Positions 20,529 through 29,763 of a stretch of 64,000 nt of DNA are shown piece by piece. Under the pieces are notes generated by a model that was given only the letters and a program-made list of their open reading frames with translations, had not been told where the DNA came from and did not search any database. Position 1 is the first letter of the stretch. Each line of letters begins with the position of its first letter. Source of the DNA: a virus (lineage: Duplodnaviria > Caudoviricetes); the IMG/VR virus record IMGVR_UViG_3300020048_000103, positions 1 through 64,000 of that record. One strand, given 5' to 3'. A program made the position numbers and the translations under genes.

Positions 20529-21168
20529 TCTCCGGCACAAGTTCCTTGAGTTCCCCTAATACATTATGTAAAGGGGAACTCATTAGTCTTAATAGCATAG
20601 GTAATACCAATGTACTAACAAACCTCAATGATGAGTTAGGTTAGTTTAATACACCACACTATGTCCCTTTAAAGAATGGCATGAAGTACGTGGAGTTCCT
20701 TAAATCCTAAGCCAAGGTGTAATCAGGAATGGTTACTAGGGTAAGACTCCACCAGTTATTCTCAAATACTGCCACAAAATCAATGTCTTTACAAAACCTA
20801 ATAAGAGAATAGGGTAAAGACTCTTTTAATGCACCATAACTCATTTCCCAAGGATGAGCAATTGTAATCGAGGTAAAGTGGAGGCTTGATAAAACCACAT
20901 TTAAAATATCTTGAGCCAGTAGTAAACTTATTATAATTGAGTGCAGAGGGTGGCGGAAGGGAAATATGATTAATTTAGATTAGTCATTCCTCCAAACAAT
21001 TCAAATCCTACTACATTAGTTGGACAACTTAACATTGGATAGTGAGTAAAATCGACTCAGGGAAAACACCCACAAAGCCTAATAATTCATGAATAGATTA
21101 GGAGCCCATCAAGCAATGTTATTTTAGTACCATCGTTCAACGATGTGTAGGATTTGATTTTTTTATAT

Positions 21169-21253
21169 GGTCAAGTGATGGAATAGGTATACATGACAGA
21201 CTTAAAATCTGTTGCCCTTAGAAAGCGTATGGGTTCGAGTCCCATCTTGACTA
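21169..21253 (+). tRNA. tRNA-Leu(TAA)
   Basis: GGTCAAG/CTTGACT, ACAGA-CTTAAAA-TCTGT, long variable arm, A73. Confidence 0.9.
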
Positions 21254-21471
21254 CAATTTCTAGAAATATAGGCGGTTTATATAAACTGCTGAAAAATATG
21301 CAGGGGTTGGGAGCCCATAGTATTATCACATATGATGTCAAGCTGTATCCCAGCAGCAGTGAGAGTTGGAAGTAATCTGTATACATACTTAAGTGGTGGC
21401 TTATCGAAAGGTATTATGTTAGACACAAAAACTTCCTATTCCTGGGCACGAAGAAAAACTGCTCATTTTTA

Positions 21472-21702
21472 TTGAAACTTAAATCAATATTATATATGAA
21501 TGTACTTGGAATCTTCCAAAATCAACTAATATTGTATGATTACGGAGCACGAATCGAATTTAGAATTCCTATATCTGATAAAAAGATCGAGGAATTAACT
21601 ACCCATGTAAAGGTCGCAATGTTTAAATCTGAAGAAGAGGTTGAAAAATCAATTTATAAAGATTTTTTCGCTGATATTTGGGATCTAACTCCTGAAGATT
21701 AA
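21472..21702 (+). CDS. Early hypothetical protein
   Basis: ORF track; start uncertain. Confidence 0.6.
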   Translation: MKLKSILYMNVLGIFQNQLILYDYGARIEFRIPISDKKIEELTTHVKVAMFKSEEEVEKSIYKDFFADIWDLTPED

Positions 21703-21723
21703 AATTCTTAACACACCACAAAA

Positions 21724-21906
21724 ATGAAAGAAATTTATCTAACGCCAGAACAGTATTATGCATTTCGTTGCATTCCTAGAGATGCTGATTATACCCAATA
21801 TATATTTTGGTTGGGGATCTTTGCATTAAACGGACTTACACACAATTTCCATAATACTCATAATTTGCCAACCTATCAAGGTCGTGGAATATTCACTTAT
21901 AACTAA
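21724..21906 (+). CDS. Early hypothetical protein
   Basis: ORF track. Confidence 0.6.
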   Translation: MKEIYLTPEQYYAFRCIPRDADYTQYIFWLGIFALNGLTHNFHNTHNLPTYQGRGIFTYN

Positions 21907-21914
21907 TATAATAT

Positions 21915-22130
21915 ATGAAAATTCATGAACTATTTACCACAGTAAAAATACCAGTAGAAACTCAGTTTGGGTTTCTTGAAATTCCGTTTGTGATAGTGGA
22001 CTATTTAGGTGATAATAAATATGCTGTAATCTCACAGGGCAGATTAATTATTGCCGAGCAAACTGAGGAAGGTTGGAAATTCATTTCAAATAGAATAGAT
22101 TTACTTTTCTTGGCAACTAATTCTAAATGA
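21915..22130 (+). CDS. Early hypothetical protein, paralog of 20129..20335
   Basis: See paralog; TGA stop in ATGA overlap. Confidence 0.75.
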   Translation: MKIHELFTTVKIPVETQFGFLEIPFVIVDYLGDNKYAVISQGRLIIAEQTEEGWKFISNRIDLLFLATNSK

Positions 22131-22303
22131 GTAAATCAAATCCTATCACTAACTTTGATAAAGGTCTTGAAAAAATAAGACCTAATATCAACAACGAATT
22201 GTACATATTCCTACGTGATGCTAAGGATAAGAGGGAAGCTTTAACTCTTATACTTGAGTATAAATACAATATCAGCCTGGACTGGCTGTATAGTCTGCTA
22301 TGA
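22127..22303 (+). CDS. Early hypothetical protein, 58 aa
   Basis: ATGA overlap; TGA stop. Confidence 0.55.
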   Translation: MSKSNPITNFDKGLEKIRPNINNELYIFLRDAKDKREALTLILEYKYNISLDWLYSLL

Positions 22304-22399
22304 TTTTTTGTTTTGCACTTAAAAACTTGCGAAAGCTTTGAGGATAAGTTACCTTGCGGAAGGTTATAAGCCTCATCTTTTTAATCAAATATTACACAT

Positions 22400-22567
22400 A
22401 TGAAAAAATCTACAAAAGCAATTTTAGTATTTATTCTTCTTTTAATAGCAATGTTTGCAGGAGGAATATTATTTAATGCCAAAATGCCCTGGCTTGGAAT
22501 CTTTTTAATCGTGGCTTCAATTGCCACATTTATTAATTATATTACTAAATATTTAAAACCTTTCTGA
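22400..22567 (+). CDS. Small two-TM membrane protein, 55 aa
   Basis: MKKSTKAILVFILLLIAMFAGG...; ends 2 nt before the SPFH gene. Confidence 0.65.
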   Translation: MKKSTKAILVFILLLIAMFAGGILFNAKMPWLGIFLIVASIATFINYITKYLKPF

Positions 22568-22569
22568 AA

Positions 22570-23370
22570 ATGAAAAAATCAATCTTTTTTGTGCTTATGG
22601 CGATAGTTATGAGTACTTTATTTTCGTGTGAACGCGTAAAGCCTAATTACCAAGGGGTTCTCATGGAGAATTACGGTAAAAATGGTAAATCTGATTTTTC
22701 CCTGCAAAAGGGTAGTGTATGGACTATCAATCCTGGTACTGAACTGTTTCAAGTTCCCTTGTATGAACAGCGAGGAGATTTTGGTGAAAGAATACTACAG
22801 TTAAAAGCTTCCGATAATACGGAGTTTACAGCCAGTCCTATGTATAGTTTCAACATCATTGAATCAAGGTCTATTGATGTAGTATTTAATAATAAGCAGA
22901 TCGGATCAGGTGGTTCCGGTGAAGAATTTATGTTGGCTATGATGGATAATATTTTAGAACCTAAAATTTATGATATCATGAAGGAAGGGTCTAGGGTATT
23001 TAGTACCGATGATCTTATGGCTGATGGGGGCTCTTTAATTTATGAAGATGCTATGGAAGCTCAAGTGAGAAAAGTCTTTGAAGAAGCCGGGTTAAATCTC
23101 ATTAATTTCTCTTGTCAAATTGATTTTACTGATAAAGTTAAAACTAAAATTGATAATAGGAATGAGGTTAACAGTAATATAGAGGTGTTGTCCCGACAAA
23201 TTGAAGAGCAGAAAATGCGAAATGATTTGGAAAGATTGCAGACTGAACAGAATATCATCCGAGATAAGGGACTTACTGATAAGATCCTTATTGAGCAATT
23301 CATTGCTAAGTGGGATGGTAAGACATCTTTATATGGGAATACTCCGGTGTCCGTGCTATTGAACAAGTAA
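22570..23370 (+). CDS. SPFH/band-7 (prohibitin-like) lipoprotein
   Basis: Lipobox LFSC, PNYQGVLMENYG, C-terminal coiled coil and FIAKWDG. Confidence 0.85.
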   Translation: MKKSIFFVLMAIVMSTLFSCERVKPNYQGVLMENYGKNGKSDFSLQKGSVWTINPGTELFQVPLYEQRGDFGERILQLKASDNTEFTASPMYSFNIIESRSIDVVFNNKQIGSGGSGEEFMLAMMDNILEPKIYDIMKEGSRVFSTDDLMADGGSLIYEDAMEAQVRKVFEEAGLNLINFSCQIDFTDKVKTKIDNRNEVNSNIEVLSRQIEEQKMRNDLERLQTEQNIIRDKGLTDKILIEQFIAKWDGKTSLYGNTPVSVLLNK

Positions 23371-23393
23371 CTTAACCATTAAGACTCAATCAC

Positions 23394-23657
23394 ATGAAAA
23401 ATTCAATAGTAAAAGAAGGAATTGTTTACAAGGACGGTTCCAGACACATGAGAAAAGCATTAACAGTCGCCAATTGTTTTGGAGGACTATTGCAACTTGC
23501 CCTTAATCACCAAGGAAAAGCTGTTTCTATAGACAGCCCTTCTGTAAATATCAAACTACACTATACAATAGAACACTTCCTGTTTGTTCAGATCAAGAAA
23601 GAAGATGAGCCTCAACTAAATCTCTATTTTGATATGAATGACGATCCCGGGATGTAA
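23394..23657 (+). CDS. Early hypothetical protein
   Basis: ORF track. Confidence 0.65.
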   Translation: MKNSIVKEGIVYKDGSRHMRKALTVANCFGGLLQLALNHQGKAVSIDSPSVNIKLHYTIEHFLFVQIKKEDEPQLNLYFDMNDDPGM

Positions 23658-23965
23658 CGAAAAAATTTTCTGTGGTTGTGTCAAAAAGAAACTTGAATGC
23701 AGTGTTTCTATGTATTTGGCTTTCTTTTGCTGCATTTTTAAAATATTAACTGTTGTGAAACAGCAAACTTCGGATTAAACGTCGTTCTTTTTAGTTAAAC
23801 AAATTAGATCCGGTGATCTTGTAAATAATTGGTACACAATTATATCTGAATGTTTTTAGCAGTGTGTTATCCGAGCTGCCTTTTTTATACACCACACAAA
23901 GAAATTGATTTGAGTTCCCTGCGATAGCATCAACGGGACTCATTTTACCTTTAAAACTAGTAAAA

Positions 23966-24331
23966 ATGACAGAACAGGAATGTTTTTTGAAACTAATTGA
24001 TATGATTCCAGAAACTTTAAAAAAGTCTGGATATGTATCCCAACCCTGGCAAGGGAGTTCTCTTGAGTACAATAAACAAAACTGTGGTAAGTTTGGTATT
24101 GTTTATTTGCAGAATTTTACTGATCTTGACACTTATGTTTCTGGTAATCAAATGAGAGTCCAGGGATACCATGTAATTTCCATTGATAAACTTTGGGAAT
24201 ATACTGTAGAGCAATATGAAGAATTATTCAAAATCATTGAGACTACAAATTGTAGTTTTAATATTGAAAGAATTTATGACCGTGAAGAAATCCATTTAAG
24301 AGTATACAATTATTCAATTTACAAATCATGA
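23966..24331 (+). CDS. Early hypothetical protein
   Basis: ORF track; TGA stop in ATGA overlap. Confidence 0.7.
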   Translation: MTEQECFLKLIDMIPETLKKSGYVSQPWQGSSLEYNKQNCGKFGIVYLQNFTDLDTYVSGNQMRVQGYHVISIDKLWEYTVEQYEELFKIIETTNCSFNIERIYDREEIHLRVYNYSIYKS

Positions 24332-24621
24332 ACAGAAATGCAAGTTTCGCAGCCTTACTTAAGAAGTATTTAGCTGCAAAGAAGTTAAACAATACATCTC
24401 TTGTGCAAAACTTCATCGGAGAATATGAAGTTGACTCAATTATTGAAGGAGAAATTCCTCAAGAAGTAACTGACGAGATTGGTGAGTTTGCACGGAAATT
24501 CGTTTCCAAGAAGTACAAATGTGAAGACCCAAAATTCATTGAGAGGATGCTTGAAATAAGCAATTCTCCCGTCGAAGAATTTGTTCCTGAACAGACCGTG
24601 CACTATCCCGGAGAGTACTAG
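24328..24621 (+). CDS. Early hypothetical protein
   Basis: ORF track. Confidence 0.7.
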   Translation: MNRNASFAALLKKYLAAKKLNNTSLVQNFIGEYEVDSIIEGEIPQEVTDEIGEFARKFVSKKYKCEDPKFIERMLEISNSPVEEFVPEQTVHYPGEY

Positions 24622-24714
24622 CCCTGGCCGGCGCTTCGTAGGTTTTTTTTCATGGGTTTTGTTCTCCTTTAAATAAAAAACAAAACCCTATCTTTTTCAT
24701 TTAATAAAAGCTTT

Positions 24715-25353
24715 ATGAATGATTTCGAAAAACGAGTGTTATCAATAGTAGTTAATGAACCTACATTGATGATTCCTAAACTAAAAATGTTAGGAAACAC
24801 TAAGCATGTTCATTCAATTTTAGGTAAATACCTTCCTTTTAGAGTAGGGATTGAGTTTGAATGGGGACCAGTAGATGATATCCTCATAACTGCTATAGCT
24901 AATGAATTTAAATATGAATTTAATTATTCTATTAGTATCGACTATTCCGAAGCAAGAATTTCTTTTAGGGGATTTAAATATCTACCTCAGCTATATAAAT
25001 TCTTACAAATTCTAAAACAAAATGTTCCTTTCAATACTGGAAGTGGTATCCATATTCATATAGATACTACAAACTATGGAAGGGAATTTGAACTTACTAA
25101 TGAATTCATGCATCATTTTGTTATGGATTTAGCCCAATATAGTGGAAATTATAATCGGTTGGGTATAAGTTATTTTAAAACCACTACTTTCGTAATAACC
25201 AACAAACCAAGTTTAGAATACAGATTCTTTAAGATGACGTATAATTATAACGAATTGGTTAAATGGATTATCATGTGCTCCTATATTAATAGCTGTCTTA
25301 AAATACATGCTAGACCTCTTACATCCATTATGGATGAAATTTACAAACTTTGA
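24715..25353 (+). CDS. Putative amidoligase (COOH-NH2 ligase / GCS2-like fold)
   Basis: RVGIEFE, GSGIHIHID, SLEYRFF motif order. Confidence 0.7.
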   Translation: MNDFEKRVLSIVVNEPTLMIPKLKMLGNTKHVHSILGKYLPFRVGIEFEWGPVDDILITAIANEFKYEFNYSISIDYSEARISFRGFKYLPQLYKFLQILKQNVPFNTGSGIHIHIDTTNYGREFELTNEFMHHFVMDLAQYSGNYNRLGISYFKTTTFVITNKPSLEYRFFKMTYNYNELVKWIIMCSYINSCLKIHARPLTSIMDEIYKL

Positions 25354-25387
25354 TGTGATTGGCTAGGGTTCGAATCCCACGCATCAG
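25351..25387 (+). ncRNA. Minimal tRNA-like element (acceptor stem plus T hairpin only)
   Basis: TGATGTG/CGCATCA stem, GGG-TTCGAAT-CCC, 8-nt linker ATTGGCTA. Confidence 0.4.
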
Positions 25388-25734
25388 CGATATTATTTAG
25401 CAAGTGAGTATTTGTACTTATAACCTAAATAATATTATATAGAATAAATATGATAAAGTGCCTATTATTGAGCCAACAATAGTAGAGAGTAGATTTTTTA
25501 ACTCAGTGGCTTGGGTTACAAAATGTAGTTGTGAATTAGTTCTGCAGAGGTAATTCTTAAAAACAAATGGGTAGTTTCCCTTAGAAGAGCTCTTTCTAAA
25601 AATAACAGGTTAATTTTCATATGTTGTATGTATGATTGTTAATAATGTAGGGTGTATGGGAGGGGAAATTTAATTCTCCTCCCCGTTGAATGTTCCAATA
25701 ATAAGGTTGGCACTAAATTCAAACTCAAAGTTTC

Positions 25735-25914
25735 ATGAAAATTAAAAAAATCAAATTTTTGTTATTTCTTCTTCTTATTTTTGCAATATTATTTGTGGGA
25801 GGAATTTGTGTATTAATTGACAAAAATGTCGAGGGTCTTGGGATTGTACTAATCGCTGTGTCCCTAATTATTCTTTTCACAGTAATTGATGAATTGTTAA
25901 ACAAAAAATCATAA
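25735..25914 (+). CDS. Small two-TM membrane protein, 59 aa
   Basis: MKIKKIKFLLFLLLIFAILFVGG...GLGIVLIAVSLIILF. Confidence 0.65.
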   Translation: MKIKKIKFLLFLLLIFAILFVGGICVLIDKNVEGLGIVLIAVSLIILFTVIDELLNKKS

Positions 25915-25918
25915 TCAC

Positions 25919-26122
25919 ATGACAGGTGCATATTTGAAATATTTAGTTTCCGCTAATGAGGCAAAAGCCAAATTTGAAGGAGAGTCGGAGGACTTAAAAC
26001 TCTTAATAACTGAAGTTTTTACGCTGTGCTCAAACAATCCTGAACTTACCCAGGTTTTGAGAGATAGGGTAAAAGAATTAGCTAACGTACCTCAGGTGGT
26101 GGAATTCGCTTTCATCTCCTAA
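25919..26122 (+). CDS. Early hypothetical protein
   Basis: ORF track. Confidence 0.65.
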   Translation: MTGAYLKYLVSANEAKAKFEGESEDLKLLITEVFTLCSNNPELTQVLRDRVKELANVPQVVEFAFIS

Positions 26123-26130
26123 ATCATCAT

Positions 26131-26216
26131 CGTCGAGTGGCGAAATTGGCAGACGCGCCCCAAAAAACTATAAAAATATCGGGGTAACCTTGTAGGTTCG
26201 AGTCCTACCTTGACGA
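26131..26216 (+). ncRNA. tRNA-like RNA (Leu-type D arm) with a 19-nt A-rich anticodon loop
   Basis: CGTCGAG/CTTGACG, GCG-AAATTGGCAGA-CGC, CCCC-19nt-GGGG, GTAGG-TTCGAGT-CCTAC. Confidence 0.8.
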
Positions 26217-26372
26217 CATTAGGGTTAATCGCCTAATAGTGACCATCTAGATTTAAGATGGAGGATTTACTCTTGGCCACAATCAAGAGCGGCTTAGTGT
26301 TGTATCGACCGTAACAGGTACACATCGTCTACTTACATACTAGACACAGAGGTTGATTACCAGTATGTAAAC

Positions 26373-26445
26373 CGTCAGATAGCTCAGTTGGTAGAGCACC
26401 TTGCTGATAACGAGGTGGTCGGAAGTTCGAATCTTTCTCTGACGA
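26373..26445 (+). tRNA. tRNA-Ile(GAT)
   Basis: CGTCAGA/TCTGACG, CCTTG-CTGATAA-CGAGG. Confidence 0.9.
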
Positions 26446-26626
26446 CATTGCCTTCTCAACAATTGTTTTTTCTAGGTTTTTAAAAGAAAAATTTAGTGGT
26501 TGAACTAGCCAGGATAGTTATTCGTGTTTTTAGTTTTGCACGTGAATGAAAGGGTGAGACCTTAAGCAAAATAACATTAAAGAACAAGGACTAACAGTTG
26601 ATCACTGCCTTGTTCTTTTCTTACTT

Positions 26627-26700
26627 CGTTGAATAGCTCAATGGTAGAGCATCCCGACCAAACTACGGGAGTGTTGGGGGTTCGAGTCCTTCTTCGACGA
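26627..26700 (+). ncRNA. tRNA-like RNA with a 9-nt anticodon loop (ACCAAACTA)
   Basis: CGTTGAA/TTCGACG, GCTC/GAGC, TCCCG/CGGGA, GGGGG-TTCGAGT-CCTTC. Confidence 0.8.
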
Positions 26701-27151
26701 CAACGAGGATTTACCATCTCGTTAGGGGCCATTACTGTTATGGATGTCTTACTCCTTTGAGAGAAAAGGGAGCATGTTATGAGTATAATCCATGAACTCT
26801 TTAGTCATGCACACAGCTAGAAGGTTTGGTAGCCAGGTGCGATAAATTAAGTAAATGTATCTAGCATGCAATTAAGGTACATTTGCTTAATTTCTTTATG
26901 AATTATCTGTAATTAAATATAAAGATATGAAAATATTACCGGAAACGGTGATTGGCGACAGGTCGAGTCAGGCAAACAGCCTATGAGATAGTATCTTATA
27001 GCAGACACTCCTATATTGACGCCTGACAATTTAGTGGAGTGTTTAAAATTTAAATTTTTGTGAATAACAAGTCTTACTATTCGAGTTGCAAGTATGCAAA
27101 GGTAGCAAGGTAAGAATGTGTCTGTTAGTCAGATATTCATAAAGATCCAGT

Positions 27152-27291
27152 GATGTTATGATGGAATTGGTAGACATGCTGTTTAGTACCTATAAGAACG
27201 TAGAATGGGGAGGCACGGTGGACATACTGCAGACGTGAGCAGTAGGAGAAGATTTCTTTAAATCCCTGTAGGTTCGAGTCCTGCCAATATC
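27152..27291 (+). ncRNA. Class II tRNA-like RNA with a 54-nt insert in place of the anticodon loop
   Basis: GATGTTA/CAATATC, ATG-GAATTGGTAGA-CAT, CTGTT/AGCAG, 24-nt variable arm, GTAGG-TTCGAGT-CCTGC. Confidence 0.75.
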
Positions 27292-27716
27292 ACAAAAAGG
27301 CTAAACATTGATCCTTTGTGAATAGGTTTGTGTAGCAATCAATTGGAAAAAGGAGACTATACTACCAAATGAAAAAGCTTAATTCACATAAAGATACTAA
27401 TCCTGAATTAACAGGATAAACACTAATGGGTACTACAAATATTGAGATTTAATATAATATCGTTGTAAAACGTAAAAATTAAAGACATAGTAGATACAGT
27501 GAAAAATGGAGTAATCCTAGATGTGTTGTTCCTTAAAAAAGAACGGTGATGCTCCTGATATGCTTCAAAGTATCAGCAACACAAATTAGTTTTGGTAGAT
27601 GATTGAAGTCCATTGGTCATATCAATGCAGACTTATTAAGTTTGATAGTTTAGGGAAAAATATCAATCATCTGCTAAAACTTAATTAGTAACTATTAATT
27701 TAATAAAATAAATATT

Positions 27717-28301
27717 ATGTGTTTATATGTAGATAGTGCAAGATTAATTGCCAAAGAAAATATTACAGTTTATAAGGTATTAGAAAAGATTTCAATACTT
27801 ACTACTGATGATTCTATTCCATTTACTGGAATTATATCAAATAAAGAAGTTACTGGTATTGCAGTTAATAAGACTTCTGCAGATGTATCTGATCATCATC
27901 GTAGACTTTTTTTCTTAACTAATGATCCTGATTTAAATGGATCAAAATGTAAAGGTCTTTATCTTACTAAGTATGCTTTTAGTTGGGTATTGGATCATAG
28001 GGTATCTAAAGATATTTTAAATTCTTTACCATTGATAGATATCTACATAACTCCTTATCAAAAGCAGAAAGTAGAAATAGGACAAATTGTTACATCTCAT
28101 TTACAGACTCCAGATCAACGTAATGCTATAGAAATAGGAATACATTCTTTCGGAACTTTAGAGGGGTGTAAACATTTTAAAGATTATCTTTCTGTAATTG
28201 TAAGATGTATTATACCGAAAGGAAGTGAGTATTATATAGGTATGTTCGGAGGAGAAATTTCGTATGCTTCTACTGTCTTAATCTATGAAGAAATAATTTA
28301 A
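27717..28301 (+). CDS. MCL-family paralog 1 (with insert domain)
   Basis: MCL...ENITVYK...TPY...GIHSF...CIIPKGSEYY.G...SYAS. Confidence 0.85.
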   Translation: MCLYVDSARLIAKENITVYKVLEKISILTTDDSIPFTGIISNKEVTGIAVNKTSADVSDHHRRLFFLTNDPDLNGSKCKGLYLTKYAFSWVLDHRVSKDILNSLPLIDIYITPYQKQKVEIGQIVTSHLQTPDQRNAIEIGIHSFGTLEGCKHFKDYLSVIVRCIIPKGSEYYIGMFGGEISYASTVLIYEEII

Positions 28302-28314
28302 TAAAATAAATATT

Positions 28315-28926
28315 ATGTGTTTAGATGTAAAAAGTGAAAGACTAACTGCTGAAGAGGACATTGTAGTTTATAAATTCTTAAAAAAGGATTTAATACTTAA
28401 TACTGATGATCCTGTACCATTTTCTGGAATTATAATGGGTGTAGAAACTATTGGAGTTGCAATTAATGCTACTTTGCCAGGTGAGGATTCCAGAGTACGT
28501 TTATTTTTTCTTACTAATGAGCTAAGACTTAATGGATCAAAACCTGGACTAAAACCTGGAAATGACTTTATGTTTGGTTCTAAATATAATTATAGTTGGA
28601 TATTAGATCCTCATGTATCTGAGGGTATTTTAACATCTTTGCCGTTAATAATTAGCTATGTAACTCCTTATCGAAGAGTATCTGTAAAGATAGGTGAGAC
28701 CGTTAAATCTGATTTAGAATATCCGAATAAAAATTTTCCTACAATAGACGTAGGAATACATTCTTTAGAAACTGTAAAAGGTTGTAAACGTGTTATCGAA
28801 CGTGGTGATGATGTTGTCATTGTTAAATGCATTATCCCTAAAGGAAGTGAATACTATACCGGCCTTTTTTCAGAGGAATCTTCATATGCTTCTAATGCCT
28901 TAATTTATCAAGAAATAGTTGGGTAA
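28315..28926 (+). CDS. MCL-family paralog 2 (with insert domain)
   Basis: Same motif set. Confidence 0.85.
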   Translation: MCLDVKSERLTAEEDIVVYKFLKKDLILNTDDPVPFSGIIMGVETIGVAINATLPGEDSRVRLFFLTNELRLNGSKPGLKPGNDFMFGSKYNYSWILDPHVSEGILTSLPLIISYVTPYRRVSVKIGETVKSDLEYPNKNFPTIDVGIHSLETVKGCKRVIERGDDVVIVKCIIPKGSEYYTGLFSEESSYASNALIYQEIVG

Positions 28927-29182
28927 AAAATAAATTCTCCTACTGAAGACAGGCAGTAACGAAGGACTTAAGTGAAGTTATAATCCTGAGCTAACTGGAT
29001 GTTGTCTGTGGTAAGATATAATCTACAAATACGAAGTATACTTCTAAATGATACTAACGGTAATGCAGAATAGAAAGATTATAGTCCACTTTAGCATTGT
29101 GGATAGGAGAATTTTTTAAATATATTTGCAATAGGATTGAACTGGTGTATGAGTACTACTGGCACAATTGTAGATATTGGTA

Positions 29183-29257
29183 GATCAGAAGCGTAATGAG
29201 GAGTGGTTGCCGAATCTATTTATAGTTGCCTTGCAGGTTCGAGTCCTGGTCTGATCA
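29183..29257 (+). ncRNA. Degenerate tRNA-like element of canonical length
   Basis: GATCAGA/TCTGATC acceptor, CAGG-TTCGAGT-CCTG T arm; D and anticodon arms not canonical. Confidence 0.5.
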
Positions 29258-29292
29258 CAAATAATAAAGTATTAACAATTAATAAACAAAGT

Positions 29293-29763
29293 ATGAATAA
29301 ATTTATGCTAAGTCATGTAGTATTATATGCTAAAGGTTGGTATTTAAATACAGGTGATGTATTTGCTGATCTTAAGAAAATACTTGTATTGGATAATTAT
29401 ACTCCATTTACTAATACTGATGTGTATAGTATTATACTTAATTCTGTACAAAATTCTAAATTGTATAGATGGACTGATTTGACAGAAGTACTAAATGGTA
29501 TTCATCCTAACAATTGTTGGAAATATGGATATTATGTTAAAGCTAATGCTTTTTGGAGCAGTGGTACAACAGCAGCAGAACTTCCTGATTATGATATGCC
29601 TACAGCATTTATTTATTATGTATTAAGTAATCTAAGGTTTTTAGATAGTGAATACTGGAATCCTGTAACACCTAAGCTTACTAAGTATCCTAAAGGAGAA
29701 GATGTTACAATTAGACAAATATATGCTAATTTTGTAAAAACAAAAGTTAAAAACAATGAATAA
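29293..29763 (+). CDS. Hypothetical protein, 156 aa
   Basis: Start trimmed to ATG 29293. Confidence 0.7.
   Translation: MNKFMLSHVVLYAKGWYLNTGDVFADLKKILVLDNYTPFTNTDVYSIILNSVQNSKLYRWTDLTEVLNGIHPNNCWKYGYYVKANAFWSSGTTAAELPDYDMPTAFIYYVLSNLRFLDSEYWNPVTPKLTKYPKGEDVTIRQIYANFVKTKVKNNE

Noticed and set aside
20530-21168. RNase P RNA
   Set aside because: No GAGGAAAGUCC or matching P4 signature found
21171-21386. ORFs 21171..21386 and 21193..21375; also the GTG start at 29203
   Set aside because: They overlap tRNA-Leu or the tRNA-like element, which typically gives spurious ORFs
28943-28970. Hammerhead ribozyme (CTGAAGA...GAAG)
   Set aside because: Stem II cannot form and GAAA is absent
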